Positions 9,503 through 17,879 of a stretch of 64,000 nucleotides of DNA are shown piece after piece. The position numbers and the translations under genes are program-made. Position 1 is the first letter of the stretch. Every line of letters begins with the position of its first letter. The notes under the pieces are model-generated. The model was not told the DNA's origin, made no database searches, and worked only from the letters and a program-made list of their open reading frames with translations. The stretch comes from a virus. Lineage: Duplodnaviria > Heunggongvirae > Uroviricota > Caudoviricetes. The stretch is from IMG/VR virus record IMGVR_UViG_3300006131_000005; one strand, written 5' to 3'.

Positions 9503-9640
9503 ATGTTGTATCGTACTCTGAAGCGCATGATCGAGCGCGGCCAGACTGACGGCATCGAGAGCAAGCTGGATATTTTCTACGCTGCCGGCAAGATTTCCGA
9601 GGCCGAGTATTCCGAGCTGATCGGGATTCTGAGCAAGTAA
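9503..9640 (+). CDS. XkdX-like 45-aa phage protein
   Basis: ATG after AAGGAGA; MLYRTLKRMIERGQTDGIESKLDIFYAAGKISEAEYSELIGILSK matches XkdX pattern (..Y..G..T...V...V..G.I(S/T)EEEY.EI(T/I)G). Confidence 0.45.
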   Translation: MLYRTLKRMIERGQTDGIESKLDIFYAAGKISEAEYSELIGILSK

Positions 9641-9661
9641 TCCAACAGGAGGAAATGAATT

Positions 9662-10126
9662 TTGACTATCCAAGAGCTTTTAGCTGGCGGGGGCGGTCTG
9701 GTTCTGCTCCTTTTGACGCTGGTGCAAATTGCCCCCGTCAAAATCAACCCTTGGTCGGCACTGGCAAAAACCGTTGGTAAAGCAGTTAATGCGGACATAT
9801 CCAGCCGACTTGATGGTATTGAGGCTAAGCTGGACGGTCACATCACCATGGATGACCGCCGGACTGCTGACAGCCGACGTGCCCAGATCCTGCATTTCAA
9901 CAACGAACTGCTGCGACCTATTGACCACACCAAAGAGGAGTTTGTTGAGGTGCTGGCTAAAATCGACGACTACGAGCGGTACTGCGAGGAACATCCGGAG
10001 TATCCAAACAACCGGGCGGTTCTCGCCATCGAAAACATCCGGGAGGTCTATAAGGAACGCTTGAAGAAGCGGGACTTCCTTCAGGAGAGCCACGCCAAGG
10101 ATGAAGAGGAGGGCGACGTATGCTGA
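9662..10126 (+). CDS. Membrane-anchored protein (N-terminal TM, acidic C-terminal domain); lysis-module protein in XhlA-like position
   Basis: TTG after AGGAGGAAATGAA; N-term LAGGGGLVLLLLTLVQIAPV hydrophobic. Confidence 0.4.
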   Translation: MTIQELLAGGGGLVLLLLTLVQIAPVKINPWSALAKTVGKAVNADISSRLDGIEAKLDGHITMDDRRTADSRRAQILHFNNELLRPIDHTKEEFVEVLAKIDDYERYCEEHPEYPNNRAVLAIENIREVYKERLKKRDFLQESHAKDEEEGDVC

Positions 10127-10488
10127 ACATCAAAGCAAAGGAAGTCGCGCCCATTGTGGAGCAGCCTGCTGATATTTCTGAGGACTGGCCGGAGGACGTC
10201 GTTGAAGAACCCACTCTCGACCTCTCTGAACCGAGCCAAAAGAAAGCGACCACTATGAAAATTATCGTGTGGGTCTGCCTGCTTAACGGTATTGCCTGGG
10301 TGTGGTGCAGCTACATCCTCGCATGGATGGGCAAGGAGCAGATTGCCGAGAGTTTATCTCAGGTGGCGCTTACCGAGATCATCGGCGTGGTGCTGGTGTA
10401 CGCCATCAAGTCTGCCGTCGAGAACCTGAGCAAGAACAATTCATGGCCGGATAAACATGGCTCTGCTCCGCCTGATGGGGTCGGATGA
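10120..10488 (+). CDS. Putative holin-like protein (2 TM segments)
   Basis: Acidic N-term then KIIVWVCLLNGIAWVWCSYILAWMG and IIGVVLVYAIKSAV hydrophobic helices. Confidence 0.4.
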   Translation: MLNIKAKEVAPIVEQPADISEDWPEDVVEEPTLDLSEPSQKKATTMKIIVWVCLLNGIAWVWCSYILAWMGKEQIAESLSQVALTEIIGVVLVYAIKSAVENLSKNNSWPDKHGSAPPDGVG

Positions 10489-10507
10489 CATAAGGAGGAA
10501 TCAAAAA

Positions 10508-10813
10508 ATGGAAAGTGTTCTGAACTGGTCCATGGTCATCAGCGTCATCGGTGTGCTGGTGATGGTGACCAACATCGTCGTCCAGGTGCTGAAAAAGGTC
10601 ACCTGGGACAAGCTGCCGACCAACATTCTGGCGGTCGCCGTCTCGATGGTACTAACGCTGGTGGCGTTCTTCGCCTACTGTCAGATCAAGGCTATCGCGG
10701 TGGTGTGGTATATGGTGGCCGCCGCGGTCGTGCTGGGGTTTATGGTAGCGTATGCAGCCATGTTTGGTTATGATAAGCTGATGGAGGCCATCGGCAAGGT
10801 GGGCAAGCAGTAA
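10508..10813 (+). CDS. Putative holin (3 TM segments, ~101 aa)
   Basis: ATG 8 nt after AAGGAGGAA; three hydrophobic helices, short charged C-terminus (KLMEAIGKVGKQ). Confidence 0.5.
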   Translation: MESVLNWSMVISVIGVLVMVTNIVVQVLKKVTWDKLPTNILAVAVSMVLTLVAFFAYCQIKAIAVVWYMVAAAVVLGFMVAYAAMFGYDKLMEAIGKVGKQ

Positions 10814-10849
10814 ACTAAATTCAGTTAAACAGAAAGTGAGGAAGTTAGC

Positions 10850-11137
10850 ATGATTCTCAAGACATTAACCCATGACCGAGGAAGTTCTGATTGCTGGAAC
10901 TACTACGACAACATCGAGAGTGCCAGCGTGTACTTCGACGAGGACGCTCAGATGTCCTGTGTTGCCGTCCGCTTCAAAGGCGCGGATTCAGATGTGGTTC
11001 TCGGTCTAAGTGAGGTGGCGTACCTGTGTAACGACAGGGGACAGACCATCGAGAAGCTTCGGCCTGCGGTGAAACAGACGGAGTCGGCTGAAGTGCATAC
11101 TGTTGAACTGACCGTCGGCGAACCGGTAGGGATTTAG
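10850..11137 (+). CDS. Hypothetical protein
   Basis: ORF with GAGGAAG RBS; no recognisable motif; not lysin-like. Confidence 0.4.
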   Translation: MILKTLTHDRGSSDCWNYYDNIESASVYFDEDAQMSCVAVRFKGADSDVVLGLSEVAYLCNDRGQTIEKLRPAVKQTESAEVHTVELTVGEPVGI

Positions 11138-11414
11138 CAGTAATTGAGAGCGGAAAAAGGTGTAGGAGAGTCGTTTACTTCTTGACTACTCCTACACCTT
11201 GACCGTTTTAGCCTTGGAACCACTGGACTTTGTGCTTCTTTAATAGAAACACTCTTTTACTTTCACCGCTCTTTACTGCCCTTAACCGCTGTTATTTCAA
11301 TAGTTTAAGCAGCAGTTAGAAGTGGAAAACTTTGTGGAAATGTAGACAATTCGTCCATTATTCCTGCATTATTCCTATACTAATATTCCTATACTTCGTG
11401 AAAGGCGAAACAGT

Positions 11415-11618
11415 ATGAATAAAAATACAATTCTCTACCTCTGCGATGGCAATATTCCAACCTGTCGCAAGGATGAGTGCTACAAGCGTGGCGGAGAATG
11501 TCGGCACACGACAGATGCCGATTATGCTTTGAACTCTGAGCCTCGCAACCTTGTTTCCGACGAGCAAGGTAACTTGGTGGAGGAAACACTATTAAGCCAG
11601 AAAAGAAACCGCCCTTGA
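11415..11618 (+). CDS. Small Cys-rich protein (CDGNIPTCRKDECYKRGGEC)
   Basis: ATG after GAAAGGCGAAACAG; 3' end lies inside left arm of 24-bp inverted repeat. Confidence 0.35.
   Translation: MNKNTILYLCDGNIPTCRKDECYKRGGECRHTTDADYALNSEPRNLVSDEQGNLVEETLLSQKRNRP
11580..11603. repeat. 24-bp inverted repeat, left arm (GAGGAAACACTATTAAGCCAGAAA)
   Basis: Perfect reverse complement found at 11865..11888. Confidence 0.7.
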
Positions 11619-11708
11619 CCGTTGGTAGCAGTCAGGGACGGCTTTGTGTTGTCAGACGAATTCAACCATCTCAGGCTCAGGGACAAGAACCCCGGTCTTG
11701 AATCCATG

Positions 11709-11852
11709 CTACAGCGCTTTCTTTGTTTGCTTCGCTGAGGACGCACCATGCGCTTTAGCAAACCGCCATGCCTCAGCGGGATGCGCGTTGGTATATGCAT
11801 CAGCTTGGTCAAGAGACATACATCTGATCTCCTCATTGGTCAATCTGGCCAT
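11709..11852 (-). CDS. Small protein (47 aa, MARLTNEEIRCMSLDQADAYTNAHPAEAW..)
   Basis: Internal ATG of ORF 11709..11915 preceded by perfect AAAGGAGG RBS that is itself part of the right IR arm. Confidence 0.35.
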   Translation of the reverse strand: MARLTNEEIRCMSLDQADAYTNAHPAEAWRFAKAHGASSAKQTKKAL

Positions 11853-11864
11853 AAACACGCCTCC

Positions 11865-11888
11865 TTTCTGGCTTAATAGTGTTTCCTC
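11865..11888. repeat. 24-bp inverted repeat, right arm
   Basis: Reverse complement of 11580..11603; arms ~260 bp apart. Confidence 0.7.
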
Positions 11889-11968
11889 AAGAGTTGTTTT
11901 AATTATTTCGACCAATACCTGTCAGCGCTTAATAGAAACACACGGACGCGTTGTAAGATTATTTTAGG

Positions 11969-11997
11969 TTGACAAATAAATGCCCTTACAGTATACT
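11969..11997 (+). promoter_or_regulatory. Consensus sigma-70-like promoter TTGACA-17 bp-TATACT
   Basis: Exact -35 and near-consensus -10 hexamers with 17-bp spacer in AT-rich island; the ORF-track 'start' at 11969 is the TTG of the -35 box. Confidence 0.45.
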
Positions 11998-12290
11998 GAA
12001 TATAGAGTTAGTTGTATCATTATGTACAACTTTCTTCGTTTCCCACCGTTATAGAGAGAAGAGGGGATGCGACACGCAAAAGACAATACAGGCTGCCGTC
12101 ACATATTGGACAGATCTGAAAACCAACATTTTTAAGAACTACCTTGATGCGTTATTCGGTATTATCCCATTGGTGGTTCTCCCCGCAGGGTCTCTCCTCC
12201 CCACCCTGCTCATCACCGAGGTTGATTTCTGGAATTATACCTTCCCAATTTTCTGTATCAGTATCGCAGGAATATATGACGCTTATGGCC

Positions 12291-12505
12291 GGATGGAAAA
12301 ACAGCAGCCGAAAAATGTCAAGCTGGGTATTAGAATGGCTCTAAATGGTATAGCTTTACTTCTTTCAGCTATACTATTGAATTACGGCGAGTGTGTGAGG
12401 TGGATTCCAGGCATCGTCCTTACAATCTGTGGTCTTATGTTGCTGAGGGAAATCTGGCAGCGCATTGTAACGTCCATCCAAATGAGTGAATGGTATCCCG
12501 GTTAA
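12291..12505 (+). CDS. Small two-TM membrane protein (start uncertain; may begin upstream at alternative start)
   Basis: C-terminal part of ORF 11969..12505; hydrophobic helices LNGIALLLSAILLNY and IPGIVLTICGLMLL. Confidence 0.3.
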
Positions 12506-12522
12506 AGAGATGGAGGTAAGTA

Positions 12523-13086
12523 ATGTTTAATAATCGTCTTTCCGTTGAGAAAATGATTGAGTTAGAGGATAAGCTAACGCAAAGTCCTCTCGCTGAGATT
12601 GGGTTTGCTAAAACAGATGAAGATTTGGCCAAGATATTAGGACTTGAAATTGTTGTTGTCCACGATAATGAACTGCCCCGAGATACAGAGGCTACGCTGA
12701 CACACAACGATAACCCAAGCTATTTTGGCCTGATTCAGGTGAAACAAAAATATCGGCGTAGCGTGTTTGCTTGTATTCATGAAATTATCCACTATGTATT
12801 TGATGTTGGGTGTAACAAGTATGTACAGGAAACTTTTGAGCGAAAAGTTCGTGGCAAAACGAAAGACGCCCATGAACAAGAAATCAACTACATGGCTGCT
12901 TCTTACTCTATGCCGTTCGTACAAATAAAAGAAGCTATTCGGAACTATAACGACAGTTCCCCTAAAGCCGATGAGTTGGTGTTTATCCACGATTTGTGCG
13001 AACACTATGGTCAGGAACGCGAGTCTGTTTTACGAAGAATTCGTGAGGTAAAACGGATTGATAGAAGCAGGACGGCAAAACACTGA
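12523..13086 (+). CDS. ImmA/IrrE-family (COG2856) zinc metallopeptidase
   Basis: HExxH motif in ..RRSVFACIHEIIHYVFD..; size and architecture typical of ImmA anti-repressor proteases; RBS GGAGGTAAG. Confidence 0.55.
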   Translation: MFNNRLSVEKMIELEDKLTQSPLAEIGFAKTDEDLAKILGLEIVVVHDNELPRDTEATLTHNDNPSYFGLIQVKQKYRRSVFACIHEIIHYVFDVGCNKYVQETFERKVRGKTKDAHEQEINYMAASYSMPFVQIKEAIRNYNDSSPKADELVFIHDLCEHYGQERESVLRRIREVKRIDRSRTAKH

Positions 13087-13137
13087 ATAAAAAGCAAGGA
13101 TATTTTTTAAGACAGGGTGTGGCGTATCTGCTATACC

Positions 13138-14382
13138 CTATCTTATTTTTCCGATTTCGGTCTTTAACCACTCGAACTCACGTTGAGTGTAGACCTTCTC
13201 GGTGATGTCCGAAATCTTGTGACCAACCATATATTTGATGGCATACTCGTCAACCCCGCCCTTTTTACAAGCCGTGACAAAATGTTTTCTACCATCGTGC
13301 GGACGATGCTCAGGATTCAGCTTCAGCTCATCACGAATCATTCCAAAACCTCTCTGGTAACGTGGATACGTCAGCATCGTGGGTTTGCCGCTTCGGCCAT
13401 CCGTACAAGTAAATAAATACTTGCTGCCAGCCTTTTGAGACGCCTGATATTGTCTCTCGACTAAGTACCGTATCTTCGAGTGGATCGGTACGACACGGTT
13501 CTCTCCGGCATCAGTTTTCATACCGCCTTTGAATGTCCAGTTTTCAAGGTCAACATTCTCCAGCTCCAGTAGGCCGAGCTCCTGGGGCCGCCAGCCTGAG
13601 TAACACTGGATCAGCAAGATATCGACATAGCGTTTATCGTCAACATGGGCCCAAAGCTGGGCCATCTCTTCTTCGGTGAAGGGAATATGCTCCTGTTTCA
13701 CCGTTTGGATCTCTTTGATGGTTTCTTCAGTGAGGTTGAAGGTGCGAGAGTAGTTCCGATCAACAAGTTCATATTCCAAAGCGTAGTCTAACATGAGATT
13801 GAACAGAGATTTAATTTTGTTCTTCATACTTGCCGAAGGATGCTGCTCTTTCCCTTTGACTTTGGCGGTTCCTTCTTCCATGCAGCCTTTTACATGACGA
13901 GCTCGAACATCCATCACCCGCATGTCATAGACAGCCGAACAATAAGCCCAAGCGGACGTTACAGCTCTGATACTGCCATCTGCTTTGAGTGTCTTAAAAT
14001 ATTCCTCCGACCACTTGTCGTAAAGTTCTTTGACGGTAATGGACGGCTCCAGGTCATAGGGATTCTTGTTGTACTCTACCAAGGCCGCATAGGCATCGTT
14101 GTAAGTAGGAAAATACGATTCCGGTTTTAGAGGCTTACAAATGGGTTTCCCTTCTGAGGTCTTACCAACCGTAACCATCGCCCGAAATGGGTTCCGAAGG
14201 TTGCGGTTTTTTATTTCGCTGATTTGACCGAATCCGTTTGGAAGGCGGCGTCGTTTGTTTCCCCTGGCACGGGGTTTGCGTTTGACGGTTGGCTGCATTG
14301 GATAACCACAATGCGGACAGGCCGAAGCCTTATCACTTACTTGCAGTTCGCATTCAGGGCATTGGATGAGCATGATTGACAC
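13138..14382 (-). CDS. int: Tyrosine site-specific recombinase (phage integrase) with N-terminal zinc ribbon
   Basis: CPEC..CPHCG N-term; C-terminal catalytic region HRPHDGRKHF..., KYMVGHK...Y; only long minus-strand gene in region. Confidence 0.85.
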   Translation of the reverse strand: MSIMLIQCPECELQVSDKASACPHCGYPMQPTVKRKPRARGNKRRRLPNGFGQISEIKNRNLRNPFRAMVTVGKTSEGKPICKPLKPESYFPTYNDAYAALVEYNKNPYDLEPSITVKELYDKWSEEYFKTLKADGSIRAVTSAWAYCSAVYDMRVMDVRARHVKGCMEEGTAKVKGKEQHPSASMKNKIKSLFNLMLDYALEYELVDRNYSRTFNLTEETIKEIQTVKQEHIPFTEEEMAQLWAHVDDKRYVDILLIQCYSGWRPQELGLLELENVDLENWTFKGGMKTDAGENRVVPIHSKIRYLVERQYQASQKAGSKYLFTCTDGRSGKPTMLTYPRYQRGFGMIRDELKLNPEHRPHDGRKHFVTACKKGGVDEYAIKYMVGHKISDITEKVYTQREFEWLKTEIGKIR

Positions 14383-14428
14383 CTCCGCAGAAATCGCAAT
14401 GGCTTTTATGGAAAGGAGTTGATTTGCA

Positions 14429-14635
14429 ATGTTGGAAAATCTTAGATATCGAATTGCGCTTTACTTTATAAAGAAGGCAAGCGTTCAGATTGAGCGAGGA
14501 GAAATACAAAAGGGAATGAATAATTTCAAACGCTCTATTTGGATTGTGCCGCCATCCAAAGAATTAAGCGAGTTTGGCGATAGATTGCGGCAGACAGCAG
14601 AATCACACTTGCAAACCTTAGAGGAGGAGCTCTGA
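14429..14635 (+). CDS. Hypothetical protein
   Basis: ORF after GGAAAGGAG RBS. Confidence 0.35.
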   Translation: MLENLRYRIALYFIKKASVQIERGEIQKGMNNFKRSIWIVPPSKELSEFGDRLRQTAESHLQTLEEEL

Positions 14636-14655
14636 CACGGGCTCTTTCTTTTACG
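14624..14655 (+). terminator. Rho-independent terminator (hairpin + T-run), member of conserved GAGCCC-loop-GGGCTC family
   Basis: GAGCTCTGACACGGGCTC followed by TTTCTTTT. Confidence 0.5.
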
Positions 14656-14682
14656 CATATCTAACTATCCCTCTTATGGAGA
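14654..14682 (+). promoter_or_regulatory. Conserved intergenic motif copy (..CCCTCTTATGGAG)
   Basis: One of more than 20 copies of CACGCGAAAAACAC-N-CCTTTTATGGAG family, directly after terminator. Confidence 0.4.
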
Positions 14683-14715
14683 AATCCATATTTCGATTTG
14701 AAAGGAAAGTCGGTA

Positions 14716-14969
14716 TGAAAGAGTCAAAAGTGAAAGTATGGTTTGAGGAGAACAAGGATAAAATCTGTGCCGAAGTCCGCTGCATAAGCTGGTACGCCTT
14801 TGGATTCGGACTCGCTTGGTTTGTCAACGGCAAGCTGACCAAGTACCGGTGTGCATTGGGTATCGCAAACCTGCACGAGAAGGGACTGATGAAGTTCTGT
14901 GATCCTGCCACCGGAATGGAAGTCACGATCGACAAAGCAGTCGAGATTTCCAAGAAGATGAGAAAGTAA
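14716..14969 (+). CDS. Hypothetical protein
   Basis: ATG after GGAAAG; in-frame part of ORF 14676..14969. Confidence 0.4.
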
Positions 14970-14982
14970 GGATTACTCAGAC

Positions 14983-15018
14983 GGGAGCCGCCGTTTTGGC
15001 GGCTCCTCTTTTTTTTCT
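14983..15018 (+). terminator. Rho-independent terminator
   Basis: GGGAGCCGCCGTTTTGGCGGCTCC perfect hairpin + T10. Confidence 0.7.
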
Positions 15019-15075
15019 TTCTTACCCCTTGCACCGCCCGCTTTTTTTTGCTTTCTTACCCCTTGCACCGCCCGC
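15017..15075 (+). repeat. Tandem direct repeat 2 x 25 bp (CTTTCTTACCCCTTGCACCGCCCGC) separated by T-run
   Basis: Exact duplication upstream of zinc-ribbon gene; possible operator. Confidence 0.6.
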
Positions 15076-15151
15076 AATAATCATATATCATAGTGTAGGA
15101 GTTTGTCAAGATATTCCTACATAAAATTTTATTGATTTGCGGAGGTGGGAT

Positions 15152-15472
15152 ATGGTTAGTACGAATGTGTCAATCTGTCCCAAGTGCGGCGGGAAATTAA
15201 AGCACTATGACAGTGTTCAAAGAATTGTACGGACGAAGGCTCGGAGGACAAGCTGGATGAGGCTCCGCCGCCTCCGCTGCGTGGAGTGCGGTACTTTTCA
15301 CAGGGCGCTTCCGGAGGTTTTATTCCCGTACAAGCAGTACGAGGCTGAGGTCATCCGAGGCGTTCTGGAGGGCCTGATAACCTGCGAAACCATAGGCTTC
15401 GAGGACTACCCATGTGAGATGACGATGGAGCGTTGGAAAGCGCAGAAAGAACAGCTCCTGTTATGGAGGTGA
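15152..15472 (+). CDS. Zinc-ribbon protein (CPKCGG...CVECG)
   Basis: ATG after GGAGGTGGGAT; two CxxC pairs, basic linker. Confidence 0.45.
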   Translation: MVSTNVSICPKCGGKLKHYDSVQRIVRTKARRTSWMRLRRLRCVECGTFHRALPEVLFPYKQYEAEVIRGVLEGLITCETIGFEDYPCEMTMERWKAQKEQLLLWR

Positions 15473-15477
15473 CTGAC

Positions 15478-15762
15478 ATGGTAATCAGAAACAAAGAATA
15501 CTACAACCAGCTTGATGCTGAGGTTAAGAATGATTTGCGTACTTTGAACTATCACATCCGTCAGGCCGAAAGGTATAAGCATATTCACGAACTTACAAAA
15601 GGGCGTTCTGGACTATATGCTTTGATACATAAATGGGCCGAACGGAACAACCATTTTCATTGTAACGCAGGGCTTAAACTCGGAAAATCGAATTTGGTTT
15701 GGTTGCTTTACGAAATGACGTACCTACAAGATTACATCCAACAGAAAGAGGAGGAGCCCTGA
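15478..15762 (+). CDS. Hypothetical protein
   Basis: ATG after GGAGGTGACTGAC; part of ORF 15433..15762. Confidence 0.4.
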   Translation: MVIRNKEYYNQLDAEVKNDLRTLNYHIRQAERYKHIHELTKGRSGLYALIHKWAERNNHFHCNAGLKLGKSNLVWLLYEMTYLQDYIQQKEEEP

Positions 15763-15782
15763 CACGGGCTCTTTCTTTTTTA
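15754..15782 (+). terminator. Rho-independent terminator (GAGCCCTGACACGGGCTC + T-run)
   Basis: Conserved hairpin family. Confidence 0.6.
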
Positions 15783-15811
15783 CGCCAAATTCACGCCCTC
15801 TTTTATGGAAG
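15783..15811 (+). promoter_or_regulatory. Conserved intergenic motif copy (CGCCAAATTCACGCCCTCTTTTATGGAAG)
   Basis: Family motif after terminator. Confidence 0.4.
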
Positions 15812-15850
15812 ACAATAACCAAATTTTCTATATTTGAGAGGAGATTCACA

Positions 15851-16117
15851 ATGAACTTTTTTAAGAAGAACAAGGAAATCGAGATCATTACTCCGCTGGA
15901 GGGGAATTTGGACGTTCAGGCTTTCGCCGAGCAGTATGCAAAGGCCGGCACAATCATTGAAGTGAAGGTGCATGGTTCGCTGTATCAGTCCGACGGAAAC
16001 ATGGTAAGCGTCCGGTTCATCACCAAGGAGAAGTGGGAGACGATCGTGGAGCATTTCATGCGGAAGTTCAGTACAAGAAGACCTACGGTTGGAAACCGGT
16101 TTATGTTCTGCCACTGA
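15851..16117 (+). CDS. Hypothetical protein
   Basis: ATG after GAGAGGAGA RBS. Confidence 0.45.
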   Translation: MNFFKKNKEIEIITPLEGNLDVQAFAEQYAKAGTIIEVKVHGSLYQSDGNMVSVRFITKEKWETIVEHFMRKFSTRRPTVGNRFMFCH

Positions 16118-16124
16118 TGAGTTT

Positions 16125-16160
16125 GAGCCCAGCACGGGCTCTTACTCTCTTTATTTTCCC
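16125..16160 (+). terminator. Rho-independent terminator (GAGCCCAGCACGGGCTC + T-rich)
   Basis: Conserved hairpin family. Confidence 0.55.
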
Positions 16161-16219
16161 GCATGAAAAACACGGCCTGTAATGGAGAGACCACTACATA
16201 TTGTGAGAGGAGTAATCTT

Positions 16220-16408
16220 ATGAAGAAGTTTGCTATTGCGGTATTAGTGTTGGTACTGGCCCTTACGCTGGCCGGCTATGGGAAGTCCCGGTCTGATAAG
16301 ATCTGGGAGAAGATCACGGAGTCAGCGGGTGAGGGCGAGATCACCACGACCGTTATGGATGACGGTTCTGTGATTCAGAGCTACACACTGTACGAGTCGT
16401 TCCGTTAA
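16220..16408 (+). CDS. Small secreted protein (N-terminal signal peptide)
   Basis: ATG after GAGAGGAG; MKKFAIAVLVLVLALTLAGYG signal-like. Confidence 0.4.
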   Translation: MKKFAIAVLVLVLALTLAGYGKSRSDKIWEKITESAGEGEITTTVMDDGSVIQSYTLYESFR

Positions 16409-16416
16409 AGGAGTTT

Positions 16417-16450
16417 GAGCCCTGCATGGGCTCTTACTCTTTATATTTAC
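16417..16450 (+). terminator. Rho-independent terminator (GAGCCCTGCATGGGCTC)
   Basis: Conserved hairpin family. Confidence 0.55.
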
Positions 16451-16478
16451 GCTAAAACAACACCGCCTTTTATGGAGG
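16450..16478 (+). promoter_or_regulatory. Conserved intergenic motif copy (CGCTAAAACAACACCGCCTTTTATGGAGG)
   Basis: Family motif. Confidence 0.4.
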
Positions 16479-16486
16479 TGAAAGAC

Positions 16487-16762
16487 ATGTATCAAATGAT
16501 TCTTTACGGGATTGCCGGAGCAGATCAGCAGTATATCGCGCAGATGTATTACTGTCTTTACGAGGAGGAGATCTCGATTTACAACATCATGTACCAAGCC
16601 CGGATGCTTAAGGCGAAATGCCCGAGCATCGAGCATGTGTACGCGATTGACAATCGGAGAGGTCTCCGCCGCGAGTATATGGACAGCATCCGTCTGCACT
16701 CGATTGAGAGCTGTATGATTTTCAAGGACATCCTGGAACGGGAAGGCTTGATGATACTGTAA
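16487..16762 (+). CDS. Hypothetical protein
   Basis: ATG after GGAGGTGAAAGAC. Confidence 0.4.
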   Translation: MYQMILYGIAGADQQYIAQMYYCLYEEEISIYNIMYQARMLKAKCPSIEHVYAIDNRRGLRREYMDSIRLHSIESCMIFKDILEREGLMIL

Positions 16763-16876
16763 GCCATGGACCGAGGCCCTACACAGGGGCTCTTGGTCTT
16801 TCTTTTTCCACTTTGGTTGTTTGTACTCCGATGCGGTTGCTAACTTAGAATAGCCGTTGAAAGGAGGTAAGCGCAG

Positions 16877-17125
16877 ATGGACGAGCAATTTCCAACCGGC
16901 TCGGTTCCCGTATCGGTAGCGGCCAGGGTGTATGGGAAAGACGCTTCGTGGGTTCGTGCGGGGATTATCTCAGGCTGGCTGCCCATCGGAAAGGCCACCA
17001 GAAACGGTAAGCTGGTCACGAGCGTCGAAGAGATGAACTCGAAGTACGGACGTATCAACTTCTACATTTCCCCAAAGCGTCTCTACGAGGAAACCGGCTA
17101 CAAATGGAAAGGAGAAAAGCAATAG
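16877..17125 (+). CDS. Hypothetical protein, possible small DNA-binding protein
   Basis: RBS GAAAGGAGGTAAG; helix-turn-helix-like stretch VSVAARVYGKDASWVRAGI. Confidence 0.35.
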   Translation: MDEQFPTGSVPVSVAARVYGKDASWVRAGIISGWLPIGKATRNGKLVTSVEEMNSKYGRINFYISPKRLYEETGYKWKGEKQ

Positions 17126-17126
17126 T

Positions 17127-17546
17127 ATGAGCACCACGATCAGACCGGCCCTGTCTTACAAGAACAAATACTGGATCGAGAAGCACCGCTACTATGAGCT
17201 GAAACATTTCTGCCTCCAGTATCCGGGCTGGAAAAGGGACTACATGGCCCTGGACGGACTGAAGAAGCAGCCCCACGACTTGTCTCTGCTGGTACGGACG
17301 AACGTCATCAGCGATCCAACGGCCCGGTGCGCCGAGGCCAAGCTGTTCTACTCCGAGCGCATGGAACTGGTGGAGCGGGTGGCCTACGAGACCGACCGCG
17401 ACCTGCATTCCTATATTCTCAAGGCGGTCACCGAGGGCCTTTCCTTTGAGACGTTGAAGACGCAGACCGATATTCCCTGCTGCCGGGACGTCTACTACGA
17501 CCTTTACCGCCGGTTCTTCTGGCTCCTGAACAGGGCCCGTGGATGA
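17127..17546 (+). CDS. Putative phage transcription regulator (ArpU/sigma-70 region-4-like), tentative
   Basis: 139 aa; C-terminal LSFETLKTQTDIPCCRDVYYDLYRRFFWLLNRAR resembles sigma region 4.2 HTH; weak. Confidence 0.3.
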   Translation: MSTTIRPALSYKNKYWIEKHRYYELKHFCLQYPGWKRDYMALDGLKKQPHDLSLLVRTNVISDPTARCAEAKLFYSERMELVERVAYETDRDLHSYILKAVTEGLSFETLKTQTDIPCCRDVYYDLYRRFFWLLNRARG

Positions 17547-17612
17547 CCCCCGCGAGCGGAACACAGCCCTTTATGGAAACCCAGACAATATTACATGAAG
17601 GAGTTGTTATCA

Positions 17613-17761
17613 TGAAGCGAATGGTTAGCTATATCAGAGGTATCTTTACGGGGTTCTGGATCGGAGCGGTCTTTGTGGCCACCGTGTTCATGAGCTGTAA
17701 GGATGTCCGCGATGGATGGAACGTCATCGCCGGCGACAAGCACGCCTGCATCAGAGGCTGA
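17613..17761 (+). CDS. Small membrane protein (49 aa)
   Basis: ATG after GAAGGAG; hydrophobic core FTGFWIGAVFVATVFM. Confidence 0.3.
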
Positions 17762-17774
17762 GTTTCAGTAAGGG

Positions 17775-17805
17775 AGAGTCCTGCAACAAGGGCTCTTACC
17801 CTTTC
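17775..17805 (+). terminator. Hairpin terminator (GAGTCCTGCAACAAGGGCTC)
   Basis: Conserved hairpin family (G-U wobble variant). Confidence 0.45.
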
Positions 17806-17837
17806 GCGCGAAATCCACACAGCCCTTTATGGAAACC
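17805..17837 (+). promoter_or_regulatory. Conserved intergenic motif copy (CGCGCGAAATCCACACAGCCCTTTATGGAAACC)
   Basis: Family motif. Confidence 0.4.
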
Positions 17838-17879
17838 AAAAGGTAAAACCAAAATCTTATTACATCGGAGGTTACAGTT

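Noticed and set aside
11969-12505. ORF-track start at 11969 for the membrane protein
   Set aside because: The 'start' is the TTG of a consensus -35 box (TTGACA-17-TATACT), so translation cannot begin inside the promoter.
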